Origin: the human T2T-CHM13v2.0 reference genome, Homo sapiens
Direction: 5' to 3' (one strand)
Length of the DNA stretch: 64,000 nt
Assembly: GCF_009914755.1 (NCBI RefSeq)
Contig: NC_060926.1
The notes under the pieces are model-generated. The model was not told the DNA's origin and searched no databases. It saw nothing but the letters and a program-made list of their open reading frames with translations. The position numbers and the translations under genes were made by a program. Shown here piece after piece: positions 12,094 through 26,100 of the stretch (position 1 is the first letter of the stretch; every line of letters begins with the position of its first letter).

Positions 12094-15000
12094 TTTTGTG
12101 GAATCTGCAAGTGGATATTTGTCTAGCTTTGAGGATTTCGTTGGAAACGGGATTGTCTTCATATAAACTCTAGACAGAAGCATTCTCAGAAGCTTCATTG
12201 GGATGTTTCAATTGAAGTCACAGTGTTGAACAGTTCCTTTCATAGAACAGGTTTGAAACACTCTTTTTGTAGTATCTGGAAGTGGACATTTGGAGCGCTC
12301 TCAGGACTATGGTGAAAAAGGAAATATCTTCCAATAAAAGCTACATAGAAGCAATGTCAGAAACTTTTTCATGATGTATCTACTCAGCTAACAGAGTTGA
12401 ACCTTTCCTTTGAGAGAGCAGTTTTGAAACACTCTTTTTGTGGAATCTGCAGGTGGATATTTGTCTAGCTTTGAGGATTTCGTTGGAAACGGGATTACAT
12501 ATAAAAAGCAGACAGCAGCATTCCCAGTAACTTCTTTGTGATGTTTGCATTCAAGTCACAGAGTTGAACATTGCCTTTCATAGAGCAGGTTTCAAACACT
12601 CTTTTTGTAGTATCTGGATGTGGACATTTGGAGCGCTTTCAGGCCTATGGTGAAAAAGGAAATATCTTCCCCTGAAAACTAGACAGAAGCATTCTCAGAA
12701 TCTTATTTGTGATGTGCGCCCTCAACTAACAGTGTTGAAGCTTTCTTTTGATAGAGCAGTTTTGAAACACTCTTTTTGTAAAATCTGCAAGAGGATATTT
12801 GGATAGCTTTGAGGATTTCGTTGGAAACGGGATTGTCTTCATATAAACTCTAGACAGAAGCATTCTCAGAAGCTTCATTGGGATGTTTCAATTGAAGTCA
12901 CAGTGTTGAACAGTCCCTTTCATAAAGCAGGTTTCAAACACTCTTTTTGTAGTATCTGGATGTGGACATTTGGAGCGCTTTCAGGCCTATGGTTTAAAAG
13001 GAAATATCTTCCCCTGAAAACTAGACAGAAGCATTCTCAGAAACTTATTTGTGATGTGCGCCCTCAACTAACAGTGTTGAAGCATTCTTTTGATAGAGCA
13101 GTTTTGAAACACTCTTTTTGTGGAATCTGCAAGTGGATATTTGTCTAGCTTTGAGGATTTCGTTGGAAACGGGATTACATATGAAAAGCAGACAGCAGCA
13201 TTCCCAGAAACTTCTTTGTGATGTTTGCATTCAACTCACAGAGTTGAACATTCCCTTTCATAGAGCAGGTTTGAAACACTCTTTTTGTAGTATCTGGATG
13301 TGGACATTTGGAGCGCTTTCAGGCCTATGGTGAAAAAGGAAATATCTTCCCCTGAAAACTAGACAGAAGCATTCTCAGAAACTTATTTGTGATGTGCGCC
13401 CTCAACTAACAGTGTTGAAGCTTTCTTTTGATAGAGCAGTTTTGAAACACTCTTTTTGTAATATCTGCAAGAGGATAATTGGATAGCTTTGAGGATTTCG
13501 TTGGAAACGGGATTAATTATAAAAAGCAGACAGCAGCATTCCCAGAATCTTGTTTGTGATGTTTGCATTCAAGTCACAGAGTTGAACATTCCCTTTCAGA
13601 GAGCAGGTTTGAAACACTCTTTTTATAGTATCTGGATGTGGACATTTGGAGCGCTTTCAGGCCTATGGTGAAAAAGGAAATATCTTCTCCTGAAAACTAG
13701 ACAGAAGCATTCTCAGAATCTTATTTGTGATGTGCGCCCTCAACTAACAGTGTTGAAGCTTTCTTTTGATAGAGCAGTTTTGAAACACTCTTTTCGTAAA
13801 ATCTGCAAGAGGATATTTTGATAGCTTTGAGGATTTCGTTGGAAACGGGATTGTCTTCATATAAAATCTAGACAGAAGCATTCTCAGAAGCTTCATTGGG
13901 ATGTTTCAATTGAAGTCACAGTGTTGAACAGTCCCTTTCATAGAGCAGGTTTGAAACACTCTTTTTGTAGTATCTGGAAGTGGACATTTGGAGAGATCTC
14001 AGGAATATGGTGATAAAGGAAATATCTTCCAATAAAAGCTAGATAGAAGCAATGTCAGAAACTTTTTCATGATGTATCTACTCAGCTAACAGAGTTGAAC
14101 CTTTCTTTTGAGAGAGCAGTTTTGAAACACTCTTTTTGTGGAATCTGCAAGTGGATATTTGTCTAGCTTTGAGGATTTCGTTGGAAACGGGATTACATAT
14201 AAAAAGCAGACAGCAGCATTCCCAGTAACTTCTTTGTGAGGTTTGCATTCAAGTGACAGAGTTGAACATTCCCTTTCATAGAGCAGGTTTGAAACACTCT
14301 TTTTGTAGTATCTGGATGTGGACATTTGGAGCGCTTTCAGGCCTATTGTGAAAAAGGAAATATCTTCCAATAAAAGCTACATAGAAGCAATGTCAGAAAC
14401 TTTTTCATGATGTATCTACTCAGCTAACAGAGTTGAACCTTTCTTTTGAGAGAGCAGTTTTGAAACACTCTTTTTGTGGAATCTGGAAGTGGATATTTGT
14501 CTAGCTTTGAGGATTTCGTTGGAAACGGGATTACATATAAAAAGCAGACAGCAGCATTCCCAGTAACTTCTTTGTGACGTTTGCATTCAAGTCACAGAGT
14601 TGAACATTCCCTTTCATAGAGCAGGTTTGAAACACTCTTTTTGTAGTATCTGGATGTGGACATTTGGAGCGCTTTCAGGCCTATGGTGAAAAAGGAAATA
14701 TCTTCCCCTGAAAACTAGACAGAAGAATTCTCAGAATCTTATTTGTGATGTGCGCCATCAACTAACAGTGTTGAAGCTTTCTTTTGATAGAGCAGTTTTG
14801 AAACACTCTTTTTGTAAAATCTGCAAGAGGATATTTGGATAGCTTTGAGGATTTCGTTGGAAACGGGATTGTCTTCATATAAACTCTAGACAGAAGCATT
14901 CTCAGAAGCGTCATTGGGATGTTTCAATTGAAGTCACAGTGTTGAACATTCCCTTTCATAGAGCAGGTTTGAAACACTCTTTTTGTAGTATCTGGATGTG

Positions 15001-15169
15001 GACATTTGGAGCGCTTTCAGGCCTATGGTTTAAAAGGAAATATCTTCCCCTGAAAACTAGACAGAAGCATTCTCAGAAACTTATTTGTGATGTGCGCCCT
15101 CAACTAACAGTGTTGAAGCATTCTTTTGATAGAGCAGTTTTGAAACACTCTTTTTGTGGAATCTGCAAG
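12094..15169 (+). repeat. ~3.08-kb SNP-rich HOR block, copy 1 of 3
   Basis: Private variants in fixed order: CTGCAGGTGG, CATAAAGCAGGTTTCAAAC, ACATATGAAAAG, TCAACTCAC, GAGGATAATTGG, ATAAAATCTAG, GTGAGGTTTG, GTGACGTTTG, EcoRI GAATTC (14725), GCGCCATC. The block repeats at +4417 and +48261. Confidence 0.9.
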
Positions 15170-15499
15170 AGGATATTTGGATAGCTTTGAGGATTTCGTT
15201 GGAAACGGGATTACATATAAAAAGCAGACAGCAGCATTCCCAGAATCTTCTTTGTGATGTTTGCATTCAAGTCACAGAGTTGAACATTCCCTTTCATAGA
15301 GCAGGTTTGAAACACTCTTTTTGTAGTATCTGGATGTGGACATTTGCAGCGCTTTCAGGCCTAAGGTGAAAAAGGAAATATCTTCCCCTGAAAACTAGAC
15401 AGAAGCATTCTCAGAAACTTATTTGTGATGTGCGCCCTCAACTAACAGTGTTGAACCTTTCTTTTGATAGAGCAGTTTTGAAACACTCTTTTTGTAATA

Positions 15500-18400
15500 T
15501 CTGCAAGAGGATATTTGGATAGCTTTGAGGATTTCGTTGGAAACGGGATTGTCTTCATATAAACTCTACACAGAAGCATTCTCAGAAGCGTCATTGGGAT
15601 GTTTCAATTGAAGTCACAGTGTTGAACAGTCCCTTTCATAGAGCAGGTTTGAAACACTCTTTTTCTAGTATCTGGATGTGGACATTTGGAGCGCTTTCAG
15701 GCCTATGGTTTAAAAGGAAATATCTTCCCCTGAAAACTAGACAGAAGCATTCTCAGAAACTTATTTGTGATGTGCGCCTTCAACTAACAGTGTTGAAGCA
15801 TTCTTTTGATAGAGCAGTTTTGAAACACTCTTTTTGTGGAATCTGCAAGTGGATATTTGTCTAGCTTTGAGGATTTCGTTGGAAACGGGATTACATATAA
15901 AAAGCAGACAGCAGCATTCCCAGAAACTTCTTTGTGATGTTTGCATTCAAGTCACAGAGTTGAACATTCCCTTTCAGAGAGCAGGTTTGAAACACTCTTT
16001 TTGTAGTATCTGGATGTGGACATTTGGAGCGCTTTCAGGCCTATGGTGAAAAAGGAAATATCTTCCCCTGAAAACTAGACAGAAGCATTCTCAGAATCTT
16101 ATTTGTGATGTGCGCCCTCAACTAACAGTGTTGAAGCTTTCTTTTGATAGAGCAGTTTTGAAACACTCTTTTTGTAAAATCTGCTAGAGGATATTTGGAT
16201 AGCTTTGAGGATTTCGTTGGAAACGGGATTGTCTTCATATATACTCTAGACAGAAGCATTCTCAGAAGCTTCATTGGGATGTTTCAATTGAACTCACAGT
16301 GTTGAGCAGTCCCTTTCATAGAGCAGGTTTGAAACACTCTTTTTGTAGTATCTGGAAGTGGACATTTGGAGCGCTCTCAGGACTGCGGTGAAAAAGGAAA
16401 TATCTTCCAATAAAAGCTAGATAGAAGCAATGTCAGAAACTTTTTCATGATGTATCTACTCAGCTAACAGAGTTGAACCTTCCTTTGAGAGAGCAGTTTT
16501 GAAACACTCTTTTTGTGGAATCTGCAAGTGGATATTTGTCTAGCTTTGAGGATTTCGTTGGAAACGGGATTGTCTTCATATAAACTCTAGACAGAAGCAT
16601 TCTCAGAAGCTTCATTGGGATGTTTCAATTGAAGTCACAGTGTTGAACAGTTCCTTTCATAGAACAGGTTTGAAACACTCTTTTTGTAGTATCTGGAAGT
16701 GGACATTTGGAGCGCTCTCAGGACTATGGTGAAAAAGGAAATATCTTCCAATAAAAGCTACATAGAAGCAATGTCAGAAACTTTTTCATGATGTATCTAC
16801 TCAGCTAACAGAGTTGAACCTTTCCTTTGAGAGAGCAGTTTTGAAACACTCTTTTTGTGGAATCTGCAGGTGGATATTTGTCTAGCTTTGAGGATTTCGT
16901 TGGAAACGGGATTACATATAAAAAGCAGACAGCAGCATTCCCAGTAACTTCTTTGTGATGTTTGCATTCAAGTCACAGAGTTGAACATTGCCTTTCATAG
17001 AGCAGGTTTCAAACACTCTTTTTGTAGTATCTGGATGTGGACATTTGGAGCGCTTTCAGGCCTATGGTGAAAAAGGAAATATCTTCCCCTGAAAACTAGA
17101 CAGAAGCATTCTCAGAATCTTATTTGTGATGTGCGCCCTCAACTAACAGTGTTGAAGCTTTCTTTTGATAGAGCAGTTTTGAAACACTCTTTTTGTAAAA
17201 TCTGCAAGAGGATATTTGGATAGCTTTGAGGATTTCGTTGGAAACGGGATTGTCTTCATATAAACTCTAGACAGAAGCATTCTCAGAAGCTTCATTGGGA
17301 TGTTTCAATTGAAGTCACAGTGTTGAACAGTCCCTTTCATAAAGCAGGTTTCAAACACTCTTTTTGTAGTATCTGGATGTGGACATTTGGAGCGCTTTCA
17401 GGCCTATGGTTTAAAAGGAAATATCTTCCCCTGAAAACTAGACAGAAGCATTCTCAGAAACTTATTTGTGATGTGCGCCCTCAACTAACAGTGTTGAAGC
17501 ATTCTTTTGATAGAGCAGTTTTGAAACACTCTTTTTGTGGAATCTGCAAGTGGATATTTGTCTAGCTTTGAGGATTTCGTTGGAAACGGGATTACATATG
17601 AAAAGCAGACAGCAGCATTCCCAGAAACTTCTTTGTGATGTTTGCATTCAACTCACAGAGTTGAACATTCCCTTTCATAGAGCAGGTTTGAAACACTCTT
17701 TTTGTAGTATCTGGATGTGGACATTTGGAGCGCTTTCAGGCCTATGGTGAAAAAGGAAATATCTTCCCCTGAAAACTAGACAGAAGCATTCTCAGAAACT
17801 TATTTGTGATGTGCGCCCTCAACTAACAGTGTTGAAGCTTTCTTTTGATAGAGCAGTTTTGAAACACTCTTTTTGTAATATCTGCAAGAGGATAATTGGA
17901 TAGCTTTGAGGATTTCGTTGGAAACGGGATTAATTATAAAAAGCAGACAGCAGCATTCCCAGAATCTTGTTTGTGATGTTTGCATTCAAGTCACAGAGTT
18001 GAACATTCCCTTTCAGAGAGCAGGTTTGAAACACTCTTTTTATAGTATCTGGATGTGGACATTTGGAGCGCTTTCAGGCCTATGGTGAAAAAGGAAATAT
18101 CTTCTCCTGAAAACTAGACAGAAGCATTCTCAGAATCTTATTTGTGATGTGCGCCCTCAACTAACAGTGTTGAAGCTTTCTTTTGATAGAGCAGTTTTGA
18201 AACACTCTTTTCGTAAAATCTGCAAGAGGATATTTTGATAGCTTTGAGGATTTCGTTGGAAACGGGATTGTCTTCATATAAAATCTAGACAGAAGCATTC
18301 TCAGAAGCTTCATTGGGATGTTTCAATTGAAGTCACAGTGTTGAACAGTCCCTTTCATAGAGCAGGTTTGAAACACTCTTTTTGTAGTATCTGGAAGTGG

Positions 18401-20156
18401 ACATTTGGAGAGATCTCAGGAATACGGTGATAAAGGAAATATCTTCCAATAAAAGCTAGATAGAAGCAATGTCAGAAACTTTTTCATGATGTATCTACTC
18501 AGCTAACAGAGTTGAACCTTTCTTTTGAGAGAGCAGTTTTGAAACACTCTTTTTGTGGAATCTGCAAGTGGATATTTGTCTAGCTTTGAGGATTTCGTTG
18601 GAAACGGGATTACATATAAAAAGCAGACAGCAGCATTCCCAGTAACTTCTTTGTGAGGTTTGCATTCAAGTGACAGAGTTGAACATTCCCTTTCATAGAG
18701 CAGGTTTGAAACACTCTTTTTGTAGTATCTGGATGTGGACATCTGGAGCGCTTTCAGGCCTATGGTGAAAAAGGAAATATCTTCCAATAAAAGCTACATA
18801 GAAGCAATGTCAGAAACTTTTTCATGATGTATCTACTCAGCTAACAGAGTTGAACCTTTCTTTTGAGAGAGCAGTTTTGAAACACTCTTTTTGTGGAATC
18901 TGGAAGTGGATATTTGTCTAGCTTTGAGGATTTCGTTGGAAACGGGATTACATATAAAAAGCAGACAGCAGCATTCCCAGTAACTTCTTTGTGACGTTTG
19001 CATTCAAGTCACAGAGTTGAACATTCCCTTTCATAGAGCAGGTTTGAAACACTCTTTTTGTAGTATCTGGATGTGGACATTTGGAGCGCTTTCAGGCCTA
19101 TGGTGAAAAAGGAAATATCTTCCCCTGAAAACTAGACAGAAGAATTCTCAGAATCTTATTTGTGATGTGCGCCATCAACTAACAGTGTTGAAGCTTTCTT
19201 TTGATAGAGCAGTTTTGAAACACTCTTTTTGTAAAATCTGCAAGAGGATATTTGGATAGCTTTGAGGATTTCGTTGGAAACGGGATTGTCTTCATATAAA
19301 CTCTAGACAGAAGCATTCTCAGAAGCGTCATTGGGATGTTTCAATTGAAGTCACAGTGTTGAACATTCCCTTTCATAGAGCAGGTTTGAAACACTCTTTT
19401 TGTAGTATCTGGATGTGGACATTTGGAGCGCTTTCAGGCCTATGGTTTAAAAGGAAATATCTTCCCCTGAAAACTAGACAGAAGCATTCTCAGAAACTTA
19501 TTTGTGATGTGCGCCCTCAACTAACAGTGTTGAAGCATTCTTTTGATAGAGCAGTTTTGAAACACTCTTTTTGTGGAATCTGCAAGTGGATATTTGTCTA
19601 GCTTTGAGGATTTCGTTGGAAACGGGATTACATATAAAAAGCAGACAGCAGCATTCCCAGTAACTTCTTTGTGATGTTTGCATTCAAGTCAGAGAGTTGA
19701 ACATTCCCTTTCATAGAGCAGGTTTGAAACACTCTTTTTGAAGTATCTGGTTGTGGACATTTGGAGCGCTTTCTGGCCTATGGTGAAAAAGGAAATATCT
19801 TCCCCTGAAAACTAGACAGAAGCATTCTCAGAAACTTATTTGTGATGTGCGCCCTCAACTAACAGTGTTGAACCTTTCTTTTGATAGAGCAGTTTTGAAA
19901 CACTCTTTTTGTAATATCTGCAAGAGGATATTTGGATAGCTTTGAGGATTTCGTTGGAAACGGGATTGTCTTCATATAAACTCTAGACAGAAGCATTCTC
20001 AGAAGCTTCATTGGGATGTTTCAATTGAAGTCACAGTGTTGAACAGTCCCTTTCATAGAGCAGGTTTGAAACACTCTTTTTGTAGTATCTGGAAGTGGAC
20101 ATTTGGAGCGCTCTCAGGACTACGATGATAAAGGAAATATCTTCCAATAAAAGCTA
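15500..20156 (+). repeat. ~4.65-kb block duplicated at +43,844 (approx. 59344-64000, running off the window end)
   Basis: Shared rare variants CTCTACACAG, TTTTCTAGTATC, CTGCTAGAGG and CATATATACTC, the whole SNP-rich block, GAAGTATCTGGTTGTG and GACTACGATGATA. The last bases of the window match 20147-20156. Confidence 0.92.
16511..19586 (+). repeat. ~3.08-kb SNP-rich HOR block, copy 2 of 3
   Basis: Same ordered variants, with EcoRI at 19142 (=14725+4417). ORF pairs 12903/17320, 14086/18503 and 14939/19356. Confidence 0.9.
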
Positions 20157-23100
20157 GATAGAAGCAATGTCAGAAACTTTTTCATGATGTATCTACTCAG
20201 CTAACAGAGTTGAACCTTTCTTTTGAGAGAGCAGTTTTGAAACACTCTTTTTGTGGAATCTGCAAGTGGATATTTGTCTAGCTTTGAGGATTTCGTTGGA
20301 AACGGGATTACATATAAAAAGCAGACAGCAGCATTCCCAGAATCTTCTTTGTGATGTTTGCATTCAAGTCACAGAGTTGAACATTCCCTTTCATAGAGCA
20401 GGTTTGAAACACTCTTTTTGTAGTATCTGGATGTGGACATTTGGAGCGCTTTCAGGCCTATGGTGAAAAAGGAAATATCTTCCCCTGAAAACTAGACAGA
20501 AGCATTCTCAGAATCTTATTTGTGATGTGCGCCCTCAACTAACAGTGTTCAAGCTTTCTTTTGATAGAGCAGTTTTGAAACACTCTTTTTGTAATATCTG
20601 CAAGAGGATATTTGGATAGCTTTGAGGATTTCGTTGGAAACGGGTTTGTCTTCATATAAATTCTAGACAGAAGCATTCTCAGAAGCTTCATTGGGATGTT
20701 TCAATTGAAGTCACAGTGTTGAACAGTTCCTTTCATAGAACAGGTTTGAAACACTCTTTTTGTAGTATCTGGAAGTGGACATTTGGAGCGCTCTCAGGAC
20801 TATGGTGAAAAAGGAAATATCTTCCAATAAAAGCTACATAGAAGCAATGTCAGAAACTTTTTCATGATGTATCTACTCAGCTAACAGAGTTGAACCTTTC
20901 CTTTGAGAGAGCAGTTTTGAAACACTCTTTTTGTGGAATCTGCAAGTGGATATTTGTCTAGCTTTGAGGATTTCGTTGGAAACGGGATTACATATAAAAA
21001 GCAGACAGCAGCATTCCCAGTAACTTCTTTGTGATGTTTGCATTCAAGTCACAGAGTTGAATATTCCCTTTCATAGAGCAGGTTTGAAACACTCTTTTTG
21101 TAGTATCTGGATGTGGACATTTGGAGCGCTTTCAGGCCTATGGTGAAAAAGGAAATATCTTCCCCTGAAAACTAGACAGAAGCATTCTCAGAAACTTATT
21201 TGTGATGTGCGCCCTCAACTAACAGTGTTGAACCTTTCTTTTGATAGAGCAGTTTTGAAACACTCTTTTTGTAATATCTGCAAGAGGATATTTGGATAGC
21301 TTTGAGGATTTCGTTGGAAACGGGATTACATATAAAAAGCAGACAGCAGCATTCCCAGAAACTTCTTTGTGATGTTTGCATTCAAGTCACAGAGTTGAAC
21401 ATTCCCTTTCATAGAGCAGGTTTGAAACACTCTTTTTGTAGTATCTGGATGTGGACATTTGCAGCGCTTTCAGGCCTAAGGTGAAAAAGGAAATATCTTC
21501 CCCTGAAAACTAGACAGAAGCATTCTCAGAAACTTATTTGTGATGTGCGCCCTCAACTAACAGTGTTGAACCTTTCTTTTGATAGAGCAGTTTTGAAACA
21601 CTCTTTTTGTAATATCTGCAAGAGGATATTTGGATAGCTTTGAGGATTTCGTTGGAAACGGGATTGTCTTCATATAAACTCTAGACAGAAGCATTCTCAG
21701 AAGCTTCATTGGGATGTTTCAATTGAAGTCACAGTGTTGAACAGTCCCTTTCATAGAGCAGGTTTGAAACACTCTTTTTGTAGTATCTGGATGTGGACAT
21801 TTGGAGCGCTTTCAGGCCTATGGTTTAACAGGAAATATCTTCCCCTGAAAACTAGACAGAAGCATTCTCAGAAACTTATTTGTGATGTGCGCCCTCAACT
21901 AACAGTGTTGATGCATTCTTTTGATAGAGCAGTTTTGAAACACTCTTTTTGTGGAATCTGCAAGTGGATATTTGTCTAGCTTTGAGGATTTCGTTGGAAA
22001 CGGGATTACATATAAAAAGCAGACAGCAGCATTCCCAGTAACTTCTTTGTGATGTTTGCATTCAAGTCACAGAGTTGAACATTCCCTTTCATAGAGCAGG
22101 TTTGAAACACTTTTTTTGTAGTATCTGGATGTGGACATTTGGAGCGCTTTCAGGCCTATGGTGAAAAAGGAAATATCTTCCAATAAAAGCTACATAGAAG
22201 CAATGTCAGAAACTTTTTCATGATGTATCTACTCAGCTAACAGAGTTGAACCTTTCTTTTGAGAGAGCAGTTTTGAAACACTCTTTTTGTAAAATCTGCA
22301 AGAGGATATTTGGATAGCTTTGAGGATTTCGTTGGAAACGGGATTGTCTTCATATAAACTCTAGACAGAAGCATTCTCAGAAGCTTCATTGGGATGTTTC
22401 AATTGAAGTCACAGTGTTGAACAGTCCCTTTCATAGAGCAGGTTTGAAACACTCTTTTTGTAGTATCTGGATGTGGACATTTGGAGCGCTTTCAGGCCTA
22501 TGGTTTAAAAGGAAATATCTTCCCCTGAAAACTAGACAGAAGCATTCTCAGAAACTTATTTGTGATGTGCGCCCTCAACTAACAGTGTTGAAGCATTCTT
22601 TTGATAGAGCAGTTTTGAAACACTCTTTTTGTGGAATCTGCAAGTGGATATTTGTCTAGCTTTGAGGATTTCGTTGGAAACGGGATTAATTATAAAAAGC
22701 AGACAGCAGCATTCCCAGAATCTTGTTTGTGATGTTTGCATTCAAGTCACAGAGTTGAACATTCCCTTTCAGAGAGCAGGTTTGAAACACTCTTTTTATA
22801 GTATCTGGATGTGGACATTTGGAGCGCTTTCAGGCCTATGATGAAAAAGGAAATATCTTCTCCTGAAAACTAGACAGAAGCATTCTCAGAATCTTATTTG
22901 TGATGTGCGCCCTCAACTAACAGTGTTGAAGCTTTCTTTTGATAGAGCAGTTTTGAAACACTCTTTTCGTAAAATCTGCAAGAGGATATTTGGATAGCTT
23001 TGAGGATTTCGTTGGAAACGGGATTGTCTTCATATAAACTCTAGACAGAAGCATTCTCAGAAGCTTCATTGGGATGTTTCAATTGAAGTCACAGTGTTGA

Positions 23101-26100
23101 ACAGTCCCTTTCATAGAGCAGGTTTGAAACACTCTTTTTGTAGTATCTGGAAGTGGACATTTGGAGAGATCTCAGGAATACGGTGATAAAGGTAATATCT
23201 TCCAATAAAAGCTAGATAGAAGCAATGTCAGAAACTTTTTCATGATGTATCTACTCAGCTAACAGAGTTGAACCTTTCTTTTGAGAGAGCAGTTTTGAAA
23301 CACTCTTTTTGTGGAATCTGCAAGTGGATATTTGTCTAGCTTTGAGGATTTCGTTGGAAACGGGATTACATATAAAAAGCAGACAGCAGCATTCCCAGTA
23401 ACTTCTTTGTGATGTTTGCATTCAAGTCACAGAGTTGAACATTCCCTTTCATAGAGCAGGTTTGAAACACTTTTTTTGTAGTATCTGGATGTGGACATTT
23501 GGAGCGCTTTCAGGCCTATGGTGAAAAAGGAAATATCTTCCAATAAAAGCTACATAGAAGCAATGTCAGAAACTTTTTCATGATGTATCTACTCAGCTAA
23601 CAGAGTTGAACCTTTCTTTTGAGAGAGCAGTTTTGAAACACTCTTTTTGTAAAATCTGCAAGAGGATATTTGGATAGCTTTGAGGATTTCGTTGGAAACG
23701 GGATTGTCTTCATATAAACTCTAGACAGAAGCATTCTCAGAAGCGTCATTGGGATGTTTCAATTGAAGTCACAGTGTTGAACAGTCCCTTTCATAGAGCA
23801 GGTTTGAAACACTCTTTTTGTAGTATCTGGATGTGGACATTTGGAGCGCTTTCAGGCCTATGGTTTAAAAGGAAATATCTTCCCCTGAAAACTAGACAGA
23901 AGCATTCTCAGAAACTTATTTGTGATGTGCGCCCTCAACTAACAGTGTTGAACCTTTCTTTTGATAGAGCAGTTTTGAAACACTCTTTTTGTAATATCTG
24001 CAAGAGGATATTTGGATAGCTTTGAGGATTTCGTTGGAAACGGGATTACATATAAAAAGCAGACAGCAGCATTCCCAGAAACTTCTTTGTGATGTTTGCA
24101 TTCAAGTCACAGAGTTGAACATTCCCTTTCATAGAGCAGGTTTGAAACACTCTTTTTGTAGTATCTGGATGTGGACATTTGCAGCGCTTTCAGGCCTAAG
24201 GTGAAAAAGGAAATATCTTCCCCTGAAAACTAGACAGAAGCATTCTCAGAAACTTATTTGTGATGTGCGCCCTCAACTAACAGTGTTGAACCTTTCTTTT
24301 GATAGAGCAGTTTTGAAACACTCTTTTTGTAATATCTGCAAGAGGATATTTGGATAGCTTTGAGGATTTCGTTGGAAACGGGATTGTCTTCATATAAACT
24401 CTAGACAGAAGCATTCTCAGAAGCTTCATTGGGATGTTTCAATTGAAGTCACAGTGTTGAACAGTCCCTTTCATAGAGCAGGTTTGAAACACTCTTTTTG
24501 TAGTATCTGGATGTGGACATTTGGAGCGCTTTCAGGCCTATGGTTTAAAAGGAAATATCTTCCCCTGAAAACTAGACAGAAGCATTCTCAGAAACTTATT
24601 TGTGATGTGCGCCCTCAACTAACAGTGTTGAAGCATTCTTTTGATAGAGCAGTTTTGAAACACTCTTTTTGTGGAATCTGCAAGTGGATATTTGTCTAGC
24701 TTTGAGGATTTCGTTGGAAACGGGATTAATTATAAAAAGCAGACAGCAGCATTCCCAGAATCTTGTTTGTGATGTTTGCATTCAAGTCACAGAGTTGAAC
24801 ATTCCCTTTCAGAGAGCAGGTTTGAAACACTCTTTTTATAGTATCTGGATGTGGACATTTGGAGCGCTTTCAGGCCTATGATGAAAAAGGAAATATCTTC
24901 TCCTGAAAACTAGACAGAAGCATTCTCAGAATCTTATTTGTGATGTGCGCCCTCAACTAACAGTGTTGAAGCTTTCTTTTGATAGAGCAGTTTTGAAACA
25001 CTCTTTTCGTAAAATCTGCAAGAGGATATTTGGATAGCTTTGAGGATTTCGTTGGAAACGGGATTGTCTTTATATAAACTCTAGACAGAAGCATTCTCAG
25101 AAGCTTCATTGGGATGTTTCAATTGAAGTCACAGTGTTGAACAGTCCCTTTCATAGAGCAGGTTTGAAACACTCTTTTTGTAGTATCTGGAAGTGGACAT
25201 TTGGAGAGATCTCAGGAATACGGTGATAAAGGTAATATCTTCCAATAAAAGCTAGATAGAAGCAATGTCAGAAACTTTTTCATGATGTATCTACTCAGCT
25301 AACAGAGTTGAACCTTTCTTTTGAGAGAGCAGTTTTGAAACACTCTTTTTGTGGAATCTGCAAGTGGATATTTGTCTAGCTTTGAGGATTTCGTTGGAAA
25401 CGGGATTACATATAAAAAGCAGACAGCAGCATTCCCAGTAACTTCTTTGTGATGTTTGCATTCAAGTCAGAGAGTTGAACATTCCCTTTCATAGAGCAGG
25501 TTTGAAACACTCTTTTTGAAGTATCTGGTTGTGGACATTTGGAGCGCTTTCAGGCCTATGGTGAAAAAGGAAATATCTTCCCCTGAAAACTAGACAGAAG
25601 CATTCTCAGAAACTTATTTGTGATGTGCGCCCTCAACTAACAGTGTTGAACCTTTCTTTTGATAGAGCAGTTTTGAAACACTCTTTTTGTAATATCTGCA
25701 AGAGGATATTTGGATAGCTTTGAGGATTTCGTTGGAAACGGGATTGTCTTCATATAAACTCTAGACAGAAGCATTCTCAGAAGCTTCATTGGGATGTTTC
25801 AATTGAAGTCACAGTGTTGAACAGTCCCTTTCATAGAGCAGGTTTGAAACACTCTTTTTGTAGTATCTGGAAGTGGACATTTGGAGCGCTCTCAGGACTA
25901 CGATGATAAAGGAAATATCTTCCAATAAAAGCTAGATAGAAGCAATGTCAGAAACTTTTTCATGATGTATCTACTCAGCTAACAGAGTTGAACCTTTCTT
26001 TTGAGAGAGCAGTTTTGAAACACTCTTTTTGTGGAATCTGCAAGTGGATATTTGTCTAGCTTTGAGGATTTCGTTGGAAACGGGATTACATATAAAAAGC

